64,000 nt of DNA from the human T2T-CHM13v2.0 reference genome, Homo sapiens. The translations under genes and the position numbers were made by a program. The DNA is taken from assembly GCF_009914755.1 (NCBI RefSeq), contig NC_060934.1; one strand, 5' to 3'. The notes below the pieces were generated by a model. It saw nothing but the letters and a program-made list of their open reading frames with translations, ran no database searches and had not been told where the DNA came from. This document shows positions 1 to 12,977 of the stretch, piece by piece. The stretch's first letter is position 1, and each line of letters begins with the position of its first letter.

Positions 1-1050
1 GTGAAATAGAATGTGTGCTTGTTTCTTTTCTTTGTTAGTACCAAAATAGATTTGTGTTTATTTGATAGAAAAAAAAAATTCTAGCATGATTAAAAGGTTC
101 AGACATTAAGTGGTACATTTTGAAATTGCTGCATAGCTATATGGTTTCCACTAACATCTGTGGGAGTTTAATTTTCTGCATTGCGATGAAAATGCAATCT
201 ACTCAGAGGCCAATCATATTTCTGGATTGTGGAATAAAATTAAAATGTTAATAGAGAGATAAAGCATCAGCAAACCTTAGAATCCTATAACTCTTCTCTG
301 AGGAAAGGATGGATACCATATGATAATACCTGTACATGTCTCACTTAATTATAAACATGTCATCGTGTCCCATGCACATATCTATTTCACCATAATCCTC
401 TCATATGGTCTCTGAATCAGTTCTCCCTGTCATGTAAAACAAGGACAGGCACTTCATCTGAGCAGGCTGTATGTGTTAACAGAAAAATATATACAAAGCT
501 AAGTTTATATTCCAACTTTATCAGTCTATCACTTGAGGCCATTTGAGGCTTTTCAGTAAGGAGCAGAATATTTTCTTTCTCTATAAAATGCAAAACAAAT
601 GTATCTTACACTGTTTTTGAAAATAGTAAATGAAATAATAAAACCAGAGTAGCTCTTCTGATTTGTCCAGACAACTTTCTCCTCCCAGGGCAGGATTGAG
701 GCTTTTGGTGAACAGAAAACATGAGTAGAAGTGGAGGTAAAAATACTAGGAATTACTGGAGTGGCAAGAACAGCAGCAGTAGCGGTACTAACTAGAATTT
801 ACAACGCGCTTGCTGTTTCCCAGCTCTCTGCCAACAAATATGACTTTTTGCAAATTGGAAAATAATTGTCACTTCCTCAAGAAAAGGTACTGATGATTAC
901 ATGTATCTATGATGACAGTGAGCAGATTGATGCCTCCCTTGAAATGTGCAGTGTAGAAGTCATGCAATAGGAAGCTGCAGCCCTGGCTAAGCTTTCTGCA
1001 TACTTTCTCATTTAATTCTCACAAAAATTTTCCATGTATGAAGAGGTACT

Positions 1051-1677
1051 TTTTAAAATTTTATTTTAGAGACAGAATCTTGTTCTGTTGCCCAGGCTAG
1101 GGTGTTCTGTTGCCTAGGCAGAACCTCTGAGGGTGAGGCCCAGTAACCTGTGTTTTAAACAAGCCTTCCAAGTGAGTCTGATGCATGCAGATATTTGAGA
1201 ACCACTGGTCTAAGTATTGGTTAAAGTACTGAATTATCCAGAGTACTGAACTATAATGGCGTGATTATAGCTCATTGCATCTTTGAACTACTGGAGTCAG
1301 GCAATCCTCTTGCTTCAGCCTCCTAAGTAGCTGGGGCTACAAGTTGTATATATCCAGGGCCAGCTAATTTTTGTTTTTTTCTTTCTTTCTTTCTGAGGCA
1401 GAGTCTCACTCTGTTGCCCAGGCTGGAGTGCAAGTGGTACAATCTCAGCTCACTGCAATCTCTTCCTCCCGGGTTCAAGTGATTCTCATGTCTCAGCCTC
1501 CTGAGTAGCTGGGATTGCAAGCATGTGCCAAAACACCTGGCTAATTTTTGTATTTGTAGTAGATATGGGGTTTCACCATGTTGGCCATGCTGGTCTCGAA
1601 CTCCTAGGCTCAAGCAATCCTCCCGCCTCAGCCTCCCAAAATGTTGGAATTACATGCATGAGCCACTGTGCCTGGCC
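1051..1677 (-). mobile_element. Composite three-arm Alu (AluJ right arm, AluS-type right arm, J/S left arm)
   Basis: Antisense Alu sequence with two right monomers (1051-1375, interrupted; 1376-1545) and one left monomer ending cctggcc at 1677. Confidence 0.9.
1119..1207 (+). mobile_element. MER5A 3' half (hAT-Charlie MITE) inside the Alu
   Basis: ggcccagtaacctgtgttttaaacaagccttccaagtgagtctgatgcatgc...tttgagaaccactg matches the MER5A 3' half including the terminal inverted repeat. Confidence 0.85.
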
Positions 1678-1759
1678 AGAGATACTATTATTACCTTTTC
1701 TTACAGATCAGAGAAGATACTATAGAGGCAGTAGTACAAACGGTGGCAACGCTGAGCAG

Positions 1760-2008
1760 CCAGCATCAACTAAGCACTTAATCTGTGCAAACACTGATCT
1801 AAACACTTCATGTGCAAAATTTTGCTGTATCCTCACAATGACTCTATGAATTCTATTATCGTAACCATTTTACTGATAAGAAAACAGAGGCTTAAGGAGA
1901 TTAAAAAACTTGCCCAAGTTTTCAAAATGAGCAAAGTATTAGATCTGGGACTCAAACCCAGGGTTATTTGACTCCAGTGCAGAACTTCTAAGCCGTCATT
2001 CTGTGTTG
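1760..2008 (-). mobile_element. MIR, near full length
   Basis: ccattttactgataagaaaacagaggcttaag...acttgcccaag...gggactcaaacccagg. Confidence 0.85.
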
Positions 2009-2569
2009 GCTGTCTCTTATCCCTTCTAGAGTCTGCTCAAAGCCACTACCATCTGACCACTTCCTCAGTCATTGATGCTGCTCCTGAGAATTCTGATCTT
2101 TCTTTTCTCTCCAGTCTTGACATGGGCTACTCAACTCTACATTGTTATTACTAAGCATCTGGGACATTCTGATTTCTTGAGAAAGTATAAAAAATGAATC
2201 AAAGCCAGTAGGGAGAGTTTCTGAAACTCAAATCTGTTCTTCTGGTGATTAGTCATGCTCTACTTTATAAGAGCTCATGTATCTTCTGGCTTATGTTGGT
2301 TACCTCCTCAATTATTATTATCATTATTGTTATTTGCATTCATGCCTTGTCTTCTGATTAAGTTTTTCAAGGGCACAAAACAGGCCTTATGTTTCCCTAG
2401 ATTCTTCCCAGAAGCTACCAATTAGGGCTCATAATTAATTGATATAAGTAGATAATATCAGAGGTCCCACTAAAATAACCTAAATATGAATATTATTTTT
2501 ATTCAGAGAACTCCAAAAGAATTGTATTCATGGTCTTGTTACATGGCAGGCTTCTGCTTTGCACTTTAT

Positions 2570-2717
2570 CCACTTATGCGCATGTCCAATTTTCCCAAGT
2601 AAAGAGGGGGCATTTAAGGGTAGAGATCGTGCCTGGTTCCTTTTTGTGTTCTGTTCTGTGTTTGGCATAGTGCTTTAAAGAGAGTCAGCACTGAGTGATT
2701 GGTTTTTGAATGAATGG
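2570..2717 (+). mobile_element. L2 3' end
   Basis: agggtagagatcgtgcctggttc...ggcatagtgc...ttgaatgaatg. Confidence 0.6.
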
Positions 2718-3029
2718 TTATGCAAAATACACAGTTTAGTCAAAAGAAACCTAATTTTAGGTTAAAAATGTTTAGATTGGTTTTTAAGTAGACCACAATA
2801 GGGTTAATTCACAAGAGGCATAGGTTTTTTGTTATAATATCATATTTTAGGGTAAATGGTTGTCATCTTCCCAAAAAAAAGAAGTATCTCAATGGTGGTT
2901 TAGCTGGAGATATCTTCCAGAAAGATAAATATAAACCAGCTTCCTACACATTCGTGAGAGGGAGTGGGTTTGGAAGCGAACCAAATTTGTAGGAGAAAAG
3001 GTAGGAAAGTTTCATTTGGTAAAAATTAA

Positions 3030-3150
3030 TAAATATTTTTATTAAGCATCTACTCTGTGTTCCATTTCGTGTGCTTGCCTAGACTTTGCAGTATGCTGCA
3101 ATATGACAAAACCTTTGTCCTCAGGATGGTATATTTTATCTTGAGAAGCA
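3030..3150 (-). mobile_element. L2 3' end fragment
   Basis: aaatatttttattaagcatctactctgtg...cctttgtcctcagga. Confidence 0.5.
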
Positions 3151-3737
3151 TGAATCAGACTGAAATTAAATATCTCCTACACTGCAGTATTCCAAAAAAG
3201 TCCTTTCCAAAATAAAAAAAGTTTTTATTTCAGTAGATAAGAATTCGGATATTGAATCATAAAATTTTAAGAACTGGAAACGCACTTCAGGGGTTTTCTT
3301 ATTAAATGAGTCAATTTGTTTTATTATTAGATGGCTCTGCTTTTCAGAAAGAAAATATCTTCAGAGGGGAAGGCTGGTTAAGGTTACTACTTCTAGGACA
3401 ATTTGGAGGAAAACTTAAGAGAAACCAAGCATTTAGGAAACATGCATATCACCATCATATGATCTGATAAAAGACAATCAGTGAAGGGACACTCTGACTG
3501 AGGCAATGGTATTGGCAGTACTTGATTACATCATGGATCATACACATTAGCTCTTTGAAACTAATACGGTAGCTGAGAGAAAATGTATTTTCTTGGATCG
3601 AAGTCAGGGCTAGGATCTCAGTGAGCAGTGGTTCACTAAGTCTGAGCATTGAACCAGACAAGTTAGGTAATAGGCTGGATGTAGAATCTAGGCAGAAATG
3701 AGGTCATCTGGATCTGGAATCGAGAGATCCTATATGG

Positions 3738-3985
3738 CAGTGCTTTCCAAAATATTTTCTACATAAGATGAAGTCATTGAGATAACTTGTGAAAAAGGGG
3801 TTCCATGACCCAGTACATTTGAGAAATGCTATATACCAATCCCTCTCTTGAAGATTAACAATTCTCACTAGAAACTAAAGGCTTTGATGAGTTCTACAGT
3901 CGTGTGTTTGTTTACTCAAGTGTCTCCCAAACTTACTTTGCCATGTTTTTCCTTAAAAACCTATAGAAAACACTTTGGGAAATGT
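3738..3985. mobile_element. hAT-Charlie MITE (MER112-like)
   Basis: Termini cagtgctttccaaa ... acactttgggaaatg plus an internal gtgtctcccaaacttactt, typical of old Charlie MITEs. Confidence 0.55.
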
Positions 3986-4089
3986 TCTTATGATACAGTG
4001 TAAGGCTGCAGACCAAACACAGGCAAGCAATCAAGGACAGGAGGACACACACTCGTGGGTGAGTTATTAAGTCAAAGATCAGTCCTATC

Positions 4090-4700
4090 CCTTTATTCTG
4101 CAATGAATAATATTTATACAATCATCCTATTGCAAACACTATTTCCAATTTTCAGAAGCAATGTATATATACATTATTAGATAATTTATCACAGTAAAAT
4201 AAAAATGTCAATAATCTAAAGTTAGTGGTTTTGCATTCAGCATAACAAATAAAATAAAAATTAATGGTTTATCTGAAAGAGGAAGGGAGGGAGAAAAGGG
4301 GGAGTAGGGAAGTGGATATCCATTTATTTTACATAGTACTCTCTAAGTTCAATGAGTAAAGACTTAGGAATTTGAAGTTATAAACGTAATCTCTGGAAGA
4401 ACCGAAATTTCAAAAAACTAAGTGATAAACAATTGGGAGGAGCCAGAGGAAAGAAAAGGGAGTATAAGTAAGCTAAATCCTCATCTCTCAAAGCAGGTTG
4501 CAATAAATGGTTATCAGAGATGATACATAAAGAAAATATTTAAGAGTTGGGAAGGACTACCAATATATCTAAACCCAGAAATGATCAGAAATGGCTCCTC
4601 TGAGGAGTGAGAGTGGAGATAGATCTAGAGGTACCTTTCTCTAAAGTTTGAAATTGGATTTTATGTATTAAGCAGTCATAAAGAGAGGTGATGACAGCGA
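4090..4700 (+). mobile_element. Old L1M (L1MC-like) 3' region
   Basis: A-rich degenerate L1MC-type 3' UTR motifs such as gtaagctaaatcctcatct. Confidence 0.5.
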
Positions 4701-4737
4701 GAATACAGTTGTGGGTGAAGTTTCTGTTCTTGTAAGA

Positions 4738-4918
4738 GTCGTGTTGAACTCCAGCATACATGACAGTCACCTGGAGGGCTTGTGGAAACACTGCTGGACC
4801 CACCCGAGCATTCCTGGTTCAGTCTGGCTGATGCGGGGCTGGAGAATCTATAGTTCCAACAAGTCCCCAGGTGATGCTGATGCAGTTAATCCAGAGACCA
4901 CATTTTGAGAACCCTTGC
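4738..4918 (-). mobile_element. MER5A
   Basis: gtcacctggagggcttg...aacaagtccccaggtgatgctgatgc...gaccacattttgagaacc. Confidence 0.85.
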
Positions 4919-6849
4919 TACGGCAAGTGCCAGTTCTGCACATCCATGGACCTGGGCCTATATTTTTCTAGCATGCTTACTCCTTTTTGAACATGTGAAG
5001 GGGAAAAGGGAGAGGCAGATCTAATAACAGCCTAGTACTAAACCAGCTCATAGAAGCAGGCCTTGCCTGCCCGCCATTGCCATTTTCACCTAAATCACTT
5101 GCTTCCAACATCCAAAATCCAACAGGTAACAAATGAAAAGAGAACACTGAAAATCACCTGTGAACTAATTTCAGGCCATCTAATATCATGTCTATATCTT
5201 AAGCATATTCCACATTAGTTAATATTCCTAATTTCATATTCCATATTAATTCTTAATTCTGTATTCCACATTTCTTGGATGCTAAGACAAATGTGATCTG
5301 AAAAGGTACTTTTATAGCTGTAGAAAACTGAAGAATAAAACAATAATATAGTTACTAATCCAGATTATCCCGATGCCAAAGATGCTATGGGAGTGCCTAG
5401 ATTTCACAGGAGATGTGAGCAATACAGACAACAGCTCTGTTTGAGGAACACTACAAAGACGCACAGCAAAGAGGTATAAAAAAGCGTTCTGCATCCCCAA
5501 GGTATTCCCATGCACATGGGCCATTATAAAGAACACTCCTCTTAAAAATGTTGCCACCACCCTCCTGAAAATATCTTTCATATTTGTTATTGGCACTAGG
5601 TACACAACTTCAAAACTCTTTTTAAAAATGTTAGATCAAAATATATGGCTATGATATTTTACCAAGAACAAGATTTCATTAGAATATACAACATTGAAAA
5701 CAGAGCTTAAAAAGTGACTATCAGTAGGAGGTACTTCACTTATTTTGTAGCCACAATAGAATCCACAGATATGTGTATCAATCGAATTCACTGTGTGATC
5801 TGCAAATTCAAATGAAATATTTGGTTAACTTGGAAAGATGAGATTTAAAGAAATGTGTTGCGTGTGAACACACAGAATGGAAAGTAGGCATCATTTTGGG
5901 ACACATTCATTCTAAAAAGGCTAACAGAACTTCTGACATTTGTATAGTTGGGTCTTCAAATACAGGCTCAGGTCCATGGGTTTGCCAGTAAATGTCCTTT
6001 TGTTTTGCCCCTTTCTTGCTGCATAAAGCTCAAAATATTGAATCAGCAGCCAATATTGTGAAAAAAGCCCAACTAAGGATGCTGTACATGTACCTATGCC
6101 TCAACTGAGCATTAAACTAGATTCACAGTGCTATTTGTTTTATTACTGTAGAAACAAAAAACTGCATTAACATTTTGAAAATAAGCAAGTGGGGTCTGAA
6201 ATATTACCTCCCAGCACAATTTATCATTTTTCATGTAACTCATTCTAGGTTTTTCCCATTTCGTGCATGTGTGTATGTGTGTTTTAATAGTTGGCATGCC
6301 ATATCCCTACTTTTGTATTTGCTTCTAAATTATCTTATCAGTCACTCATCTTATTGGTCATTTAGATTACCTGTTACCAACATTTTGCAAATATAAAGAG
6401 TACTGGAAGGGTAATTTTTTAAGTGTAATTTTCCCTTTCCTGTTTGATTCATTTTCTTCAGATAGATTCTCAGAAAGTTTTATGGCTTTTAACACATAGT
6501 ACCCAACACAAAATGGCTGAATTATATCCATTTAGGTGTATTACTTTCTTATCTGGATGAACTATGTTAGCCTTTTAGAAAGTAAAGAAGATAAGACAAT
6601 ACTAAAGCTCCAGTTCATTCATCCAACACATGTTTATTAGGAATCTGCTCTTCTCTGTTCACTGCTCTAGGTCCTCATGGATCTTACATTCTTGGAGAAT
6701 ATATTCCTTAAAAATCACGAGTCTTATATTCTTAATAAAAATACTCTTTAAAACTGCATCTCACTTCTTTTCTGTAAATTATACTGGAGGCAGTGTTAAG
6801 AGGAAGCTGTTTGGACAAATGTGGTCCCTTATTAATTAGCAATTGATTC

Positions 6850-7700
6850 TAGGAGCATAGACTGATATGGGGAAGATGCCAGGAAGTCTAAAAACTAGTT
6901 CAAAAATAATTAAATCACTCAAGTAAATTTGGGAGTTTAATATATAATAGAGGTGGAATTTGAAATCAGTGGGGGAAAAGGTAGATTATTCATAATGATT
7001 GGGTCGAGAACATGTGGTTGGCCACTAGAAGAAAAAACAATGAAGCTAAGTTCCTTCCTCACTCTTTGTAACAAATACAACTTAGATTTCTTAAAAATAC
7101 ATGTATACAAAATAAAACCAGAAAGCAACTGGATGAAAACATGGATAATTTTGCTTTGAAGCAGGAAATTCTAAGTAGGAGAAAAATGCAAAAGCCACAG
7201 AGAATGTATAATTTATACTTTTGTGTACATGAATATGTAACAGTTCTATATGGCACACAAAAAAGGTTAAAAAAAAGAACAAACAAAAGGAAGTATATGC
7301 AACTTATACAACAAAGGCTGCTATCCATACAGTACAAAGAACTCTTAACAATTAAGGAAACCCTTCAATCAAAACTGTCTGCAAAGGACATAAAATGAAA
7401 TAGGCATACAAAAAGTACTCAAACTTATAACTCTTTAAATAAATTCAGATAAAAACAATATTATTTTTCCTACTAAATTAGTAAAGATTAAAATATAATA
7501 AATGCCCCACATTAAGGAATAATAAACATCCCATGTTAAGGAATACAAAGAGAGGTTATCACACATTGTTAGAGAATTATCTGCTTGCAGGGGATGGGGG
7601 AATTCAGCAATTACTGTTGATGTTTTACATGTACATACATAACCAACTCTCATACTTTGGAAATATATATGCAAACATATATACACAAAAGTACACACAC
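6850..7700 (+). mobile_element. Degenerate L1ME-type ORF2 3' remnant
   Basis: aatcagtgggggaaaaggtagattattcataa...ttccttcctcactc...acaaaggctgctatccatacagtacaaagaactctt. Confidence 0.65.
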
Positions 7701-7974
7701 AGAGTAAGCTATGCCTCATGTCTTTTGCCCTAGGCCCAGAGTAACTAACTTCGTTTTACCAATCATACAGACTTATTCTTCTGGAAAACACTGGTGGCTT
7801 GAATTATTTACAGAGAATGGGTGTTCTGAGCCTCACTGATCTCACCCTTTACTCAACCACTATTACGTCATGTTGTTTAGGCCCTGATATTCTATCTTTT
7901 ATTGTTTCCTAATGATTTCATACATAAGTCTTTTAAACAACTTGAGACCATCTATTAGTATCTTTTTTAGTTTC

Positions 7975-8079
7975 TATCTAGTATGTATGTAGTACTGCAT
8001 TAGCAAGAAATATATGATATATATATATATATATTGCATTAGTACTACCTAATGCAGTACTGTACATACATACTAGATA
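7975..8079. repeat. Inverted repeat with 29/31-bp arms around an (AT)n-containing loop
   Basis: tatctagtatgtatgtagtactgcattag (7975-8003) is the reverse complement of 8049-8079 apart from a 2-nt indel. Confidence 0.9.
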
Positions 8080-8409
8080 CATGCTTACTGAATGATTTGC
8101 ACACTAGCAGGTGTTCAAAAATGTCATGGTCTTCAAATATAACAATTTATACAGGATTCCATGATTATAAACTGTACATAGAAAGACTGCTTGCTTAGTC
8201 TCTTTACCAAACCCCCCTAGTCTAGAAGAGTTTATGTAGATTTTTAAGGGAACATCAGCTTGATTAACTCTTTGCATGCTGAAAAGGTTAATTTCATCAC
8301 CACGAAACTACGTAGATAGTAAGGTTTTCCAATTTTTGCTTGTGTATCTGTCTTTCTGCTTGACTATAAAGCACTTCCTTGGGATTGGATATTTTCAGAG
8401 CATGTTTCC

Positions 8410-8590
8410 AGAAATGTGAGTCAAATCCCAAGACAAGTATTTGCTGTGTGATGTTGGACAAGTCACCTAACACCTCTGAATCTCTGTTTCCTCATCTGTA
8501 AAATGAGGATAAAAATATCCTACAGGGTTGTTTTAAGGATGAAATCAATTGAAACCTATCAAAGTGCCTGACACTCAATAAATGGTAATG
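8410..8590 (+). mobile_element. MIR
   Basis: gctgtgtgatgttggacaagtcacctaacacctctgaatctctgtttcctcatctgtaaaatgaggat. Confidence 0.9.
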
Positions 8591-8699
8591 AATGAATAGT
8601 TAAGTTCCAAATTGGTGAAGTGATACAATCATAAATCTATTGCTTTTTTCTTACATCACTAGACCTATTCGTAATGATATAAAGAGGTGTACCTTAAAT

Positions 8700-8846
8700 C
8701 AATGGTTGCAACACTTTGCTATGCATCAGAATTTCTTTGTTAAGACACTGATGGCTGGGACTCACCCCCTGAGAATTTATCTTTCCAACAAGTTCTCAGC
8801 TGATGCTGATTCTGTTGGCTCAGGGACCAAGTTTTGAGAACCACTG
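8700..8846 (-). mobile_element. MER5A with internal deletion and retained 8-bp TSD
   Basis: Termini caatggtt...gagaaccactg; flanks ccttaaat (8692-8699) and ccttaaac (8847-8854). Confidence 0.88.
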
Positions 8847-9403
8847 CCTTAAACTCTCAATAATGTGTGCCTGTATTTGGACCGCAGCTTTTCAGCATGA
8901 GAGCATCAGATGGGCTCTGAGTCTCAGGTGTGACTTTGAACTTCTTAGCCCCAACCCCCAACCCCTCACCACCACCATGCTTTGCTTTGTTTGCTTGCCT
9001 TGTGCTTGAAGTGTCAGCCAGAAAGTGGACTTTGTTTCCTACACTAATTTAGGGCCTTATATTCTCTCCAGCCTCATTGGCAATAGGATGAGGATGGATC
9101 ACAAATTCTTTAAAGGGCCAAAGGAGGCTCCTCCATCTTGCCTCTGCTATTTCATACCAAACAGACTCATATTTGAGTCTTACATCTTTGAAACCCCAGC
9201 CAGCCCATTCTAAGTCTAGGTGACACAGAAACCTGCTGGGATGTAGGGTTTTAATTATTCATATCTATGTCTTATCTGTCATATGAAAGAAAACCCTATC
9301 ACTAGCCAAAAAAAAAAAAAAAAAAACACACACACACAAAAAACAAAAAAAACGAACTAACTGGCTGTCTCAGGAAGCACTGGCATTTGAAAACCTCCCG
9401 GAG

Positions 9404-9630
9404 ACAGTAGCAGATAGTGACTAAAGACACAGACTTAGGGTAAGATCGACTTGGGTTTGAACTTCAGCTCTGAAACAAATTAGATATTTAACTCAAAACA
9501 AGTAATTTAACTTCTATTAGCCTCAGGCTTCCCAGCTGCTAAATACAAATACATTACCCACTTCAGAGGGTTGAAAGATTCATTAGAGTGTCTGGCATAG
9601 AGTAAAGCCCTTGTATTTGGTAGCTGCTAA
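9404..9630 (+). mobile_element. MIR
   Basis: cttgggtttgaacttcagctctg...aagtaatttaacttc...gcctcag...gtgtctggcatagagtaaagc. Confidence 0.8.
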
Positions 9631-11009
9631 CAGCAGTAGTGGTGGTGTGGTAGTGGTGGTTTTTACACTCATGATACATTATATTTCTATTTTATAGAAG
9701 GGTACCTTTAAAAGAAAATGTGATTTCATAAGCCACACAAGAAATCAATTTATAGTAGTCTCATCCAGACCATATAGGACCACATTGTCTGGTACAGTAA
9801 ATGATATGCACATGATAAGGTCTCCATAATTGTACATTGAATGAAAGGGGTATATCCATTATCTGCTAAAAGATCTTAGACTATAACATCAAAAGACAGA
9901 AGGGATGCTAAAGCAATGTGTACGTCTCTCATACATATTTATAAGCTCTCTACTGCCATTTCAGCCTCCCCAGCATGAACTGTACTTGAAGAAGCCCTGC
10001 TCCAAGGGTGAGTAAGTGGTAACAAGATGGGCTCATGAGAAACACAGAGGGAAGAGCATCAGTACCGCCACAACTTAGTTGAGCAACAGCTGCTTGAAGG
10101 AGAACAATGCAGAACATTTTTGCTGCAAACTGTTTAGTGTTGCATTTTGCTTTTCATTTGCTACTTGAACTTAACCTTTCATTCAACTTGTGATCTCATG
10201 AATTCAACCAGAGAAATCAGAAAAAGATCTTTTTCTGCAAGATGTCTACGTAGACAGCTTGAATTCTGGATTTCATCAACTACTAGAGAAAGAGTACAAA
10301 AACCTCATGTGTTATAGCTCTGGCAGGAAATTCAAAACTGAAGCAAATAGGAATTTTAGCTCTCATGAAAATAGTAAGCAAAGATTAGTTAAGGATAATC
10401 GGTTGATGCTAAGGAAGATAACTGCTTAGTAAACAAATCCATGAAATATTCAGTGCATCTAGAACCACATTTTTTTTTTAAACACGAAAAACTCCAAAAT
10501 GTATGAAAATCTTAATCCTTACCCTTGACTTGTAATCATTGCTCCTCATAAAGAGAGACTCAAAATAACTCAAATTCTTTGGCTACGAATAACTCTATTT
10601 ATCTGCAAAAAGCCACATGAACCCTAATTCTTTCTAAGCACAAAGAAACAGAGAAGAGGATATATAAATAGTAGCAATCATTGGAACAAAAGTTGAAATG
10701 AGGGTAGAAATAGAGACTCCCATCCTCTGTTCTCCCTTCTAATAGGCACAAATATTCATGGAAGAATAAGAAACTTCAGAGCAACATGGGTCTCTGGACA
10801 AGTCATAATTTTTAGAAGTGAGTGGAGACTTAGAGGGAACAGTAAGATAAGAAAATAGCAGGGAAAGACCATAAAGTAACGGACTTGTCTAGTTAATAAG
10901 CATTTTCCTGGAAATGAATGGAATAGGATACAATGGTGAGAATACACACCTAATAGCTAACATATCCATTTCCTATATATTTCAAGTCGAGTGATAATCA
11001 CAGTGATGG

Positions 11010-11125
11010 CCTCATTTATTCAGCACTTACTAAGTGCAAGGCACTACACGAAGGAGAGGCAAAGGCAGATAATGCTTTGTCCTTGATTTTAAGAAATTTA
11101 CAATCTAGGAGGGGAGATAAGACAA
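11010..11125 (-). mobile_element. L2 3' end fragment
   Basis: tcatttattcagcacttactaagtgcaaggcact...tttacaatctaggaggggagataagac. Confidence 0.65.
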
Positions 11126-12082
11126 TGTATGCAATGTATGTAGATATCTATAATATGCATAGTAGAATACATAGTCAACAGCCAATAAATGTAGGCTAGC
11201 TAATTATCGAGCAAAATGGTAGCTAAAGGTTTTGGCTTTAAGGAGACCAGTTGTATACAGCAGTGGAGGGGATATGGGGGAGGGAATGAATTAGGAATGA
11301 GACAGCTTAAACAAACAGAGGAAAGAGCTATGGTTTAAATAAATGTGGTTTAAAAACTTCAGGTCACGAAAAGCTCAAGCAATATGGGGTCTTCTAACTC
11401 TTGGGATGTTACAAATGAGGGCAGACAGGACAGATAAGAAGTAATTTACAGAAGCTATTCCAAGTTTGTCTCATGTAATGAAGCCAGTCCCTTAGCCTGT
11501 TCAGGCCAATCCTCTCAATCCTATTTCCCCAGGAAAGAGACTCAAAAATCTAACCAAGAGATTCTCTTAAACCTCAGCTCTAATCGCTAAAGGAAAAGCA
11601 GCAGCTGTGGAGATCTACAAATGTAGCTGTTGCCAAGATAAAAGCAACTGAAGGTTGCTGGTACAGGCAGAGGGGAAATACCACAGTGTGAGCAGTTTTT
11701 TAGGTCAGCCATCAAAAAGGAAAAGGATCCCAGGAAAGGTGAGCTGGGTTCCACAGGGTCTCAGCAGCCCCTGGCTCACCAGGTGGACAAAGGTAATGAT
11801 GCTGCTGCTGCCCACCATAGAGTTCCCTGTGCCCTTTGATACTTCCCAGGGCCACTGACCTGGCTGTGTTCCAGGAAGAATAATTTAGCTCCAATTACTT
11901 AAAACTGCTTTATTGGTTTCATAGAGAAAAAAAAAAATCTCCTAAGCCGACTTTTATAAAACCAGACAATACCATTCAGGGGGCATATATTTCCTCATTT
12001 TTTTTAAAGAAACAATTGGAATTTAAACAATGACAAAGGCCAGGCTTACTTCTTTCTGTTCAGTGAAAATCTTCCAATTCAG

Positions 12083-12232
12083 TGCTTCCAATAGTTACTA
12101 TGACCACAAACATTTAAATAGAAAAGATCCATTTAGAGATTCAGACTGAGAAAGGTTTGCTCCCAATAGTTAATAGGACCACAAGCATTTAAATAGAGAA
12201 GATCTATTTAGAGATTCAGACTGGGAAAGTTT
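12083..12232. repeat. Diverged tandem duplication, 2 x 75 bp
   Basis: Copies start at 12083 and 12158; about 8 mismatches in 75 by manual alignment. Confidence 0.92.
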
Positions 12233-12977
12233 TTCTTTGGGGGCAATCACTCAGAAAATAAAACAACAAGGGGTAAAGTCCTGGTTCCCCTTCCTTCACT
12301 ATCTTCTACCCCCAAATCTGCCCATAACCAGTCAATAACCCCTCAGATGCACGCTAATGGCAGTCACCCAGAACGTACATCTGCTGTGTTTATGAGACTT
12401 GCTTTGACATAGAACTGCCAAGTCTAGAATTATTCACTTCAGTGCTATCACAGACTGCTCCATCCCAGGGCAGGAGCATTGGGGAAGTTCCCTATTTGAA
12501 GAAGAAAAATAAAAGACTACTCATTTGCATTTTTTAGTCCAGCTTCTTTTATTAAAACACAAACTACCGGACCATGTAAAGGTGTTAAGTTCTATTTTGA
12601 ACTTTATTGGGAAACTGTATGACAGGCTCAGGTAGAAGTGCAGCTACCTACAATTCAGACTCTGAAACAATCAAGACAAGTCACAGGGAATTTAATGGGG
12701 ACTGGGCAGCCACAGATGGGCAGAGGATCACTGCTTAGGCCATCGGGGTCTCAGAGAACAGTTCAGCAAGAACCCAGAATGTAAAGGTACACCTCCCTGT
12801 TACTTTTAAAATTTCTTTCTAACAAGGATTATAAAACAAGTACCTCAGATAACAATGCATTAAAAAGACCAAGAAATGCATTTAGAATGAAAAAAAAAAT
12901 ACCACTATAAAAGTATAAGTGCACAATGGAAATTTATTCTCATGTTCATTTGAATTCTGTATTAAAATAAATAGCAA

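Larger units (their letters stand above)
985..1710 (-). mobile_element. MIR fragment split by a composite Alu insertion
   Basis: MIR core (tctcatttaattctcac...gaggtact at 985-1050) resumes as gatactattatt...ttacagat at 1681-1710. TSD-like agaggtact/agagatact flank the Alu block. Confidence 0.65.
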
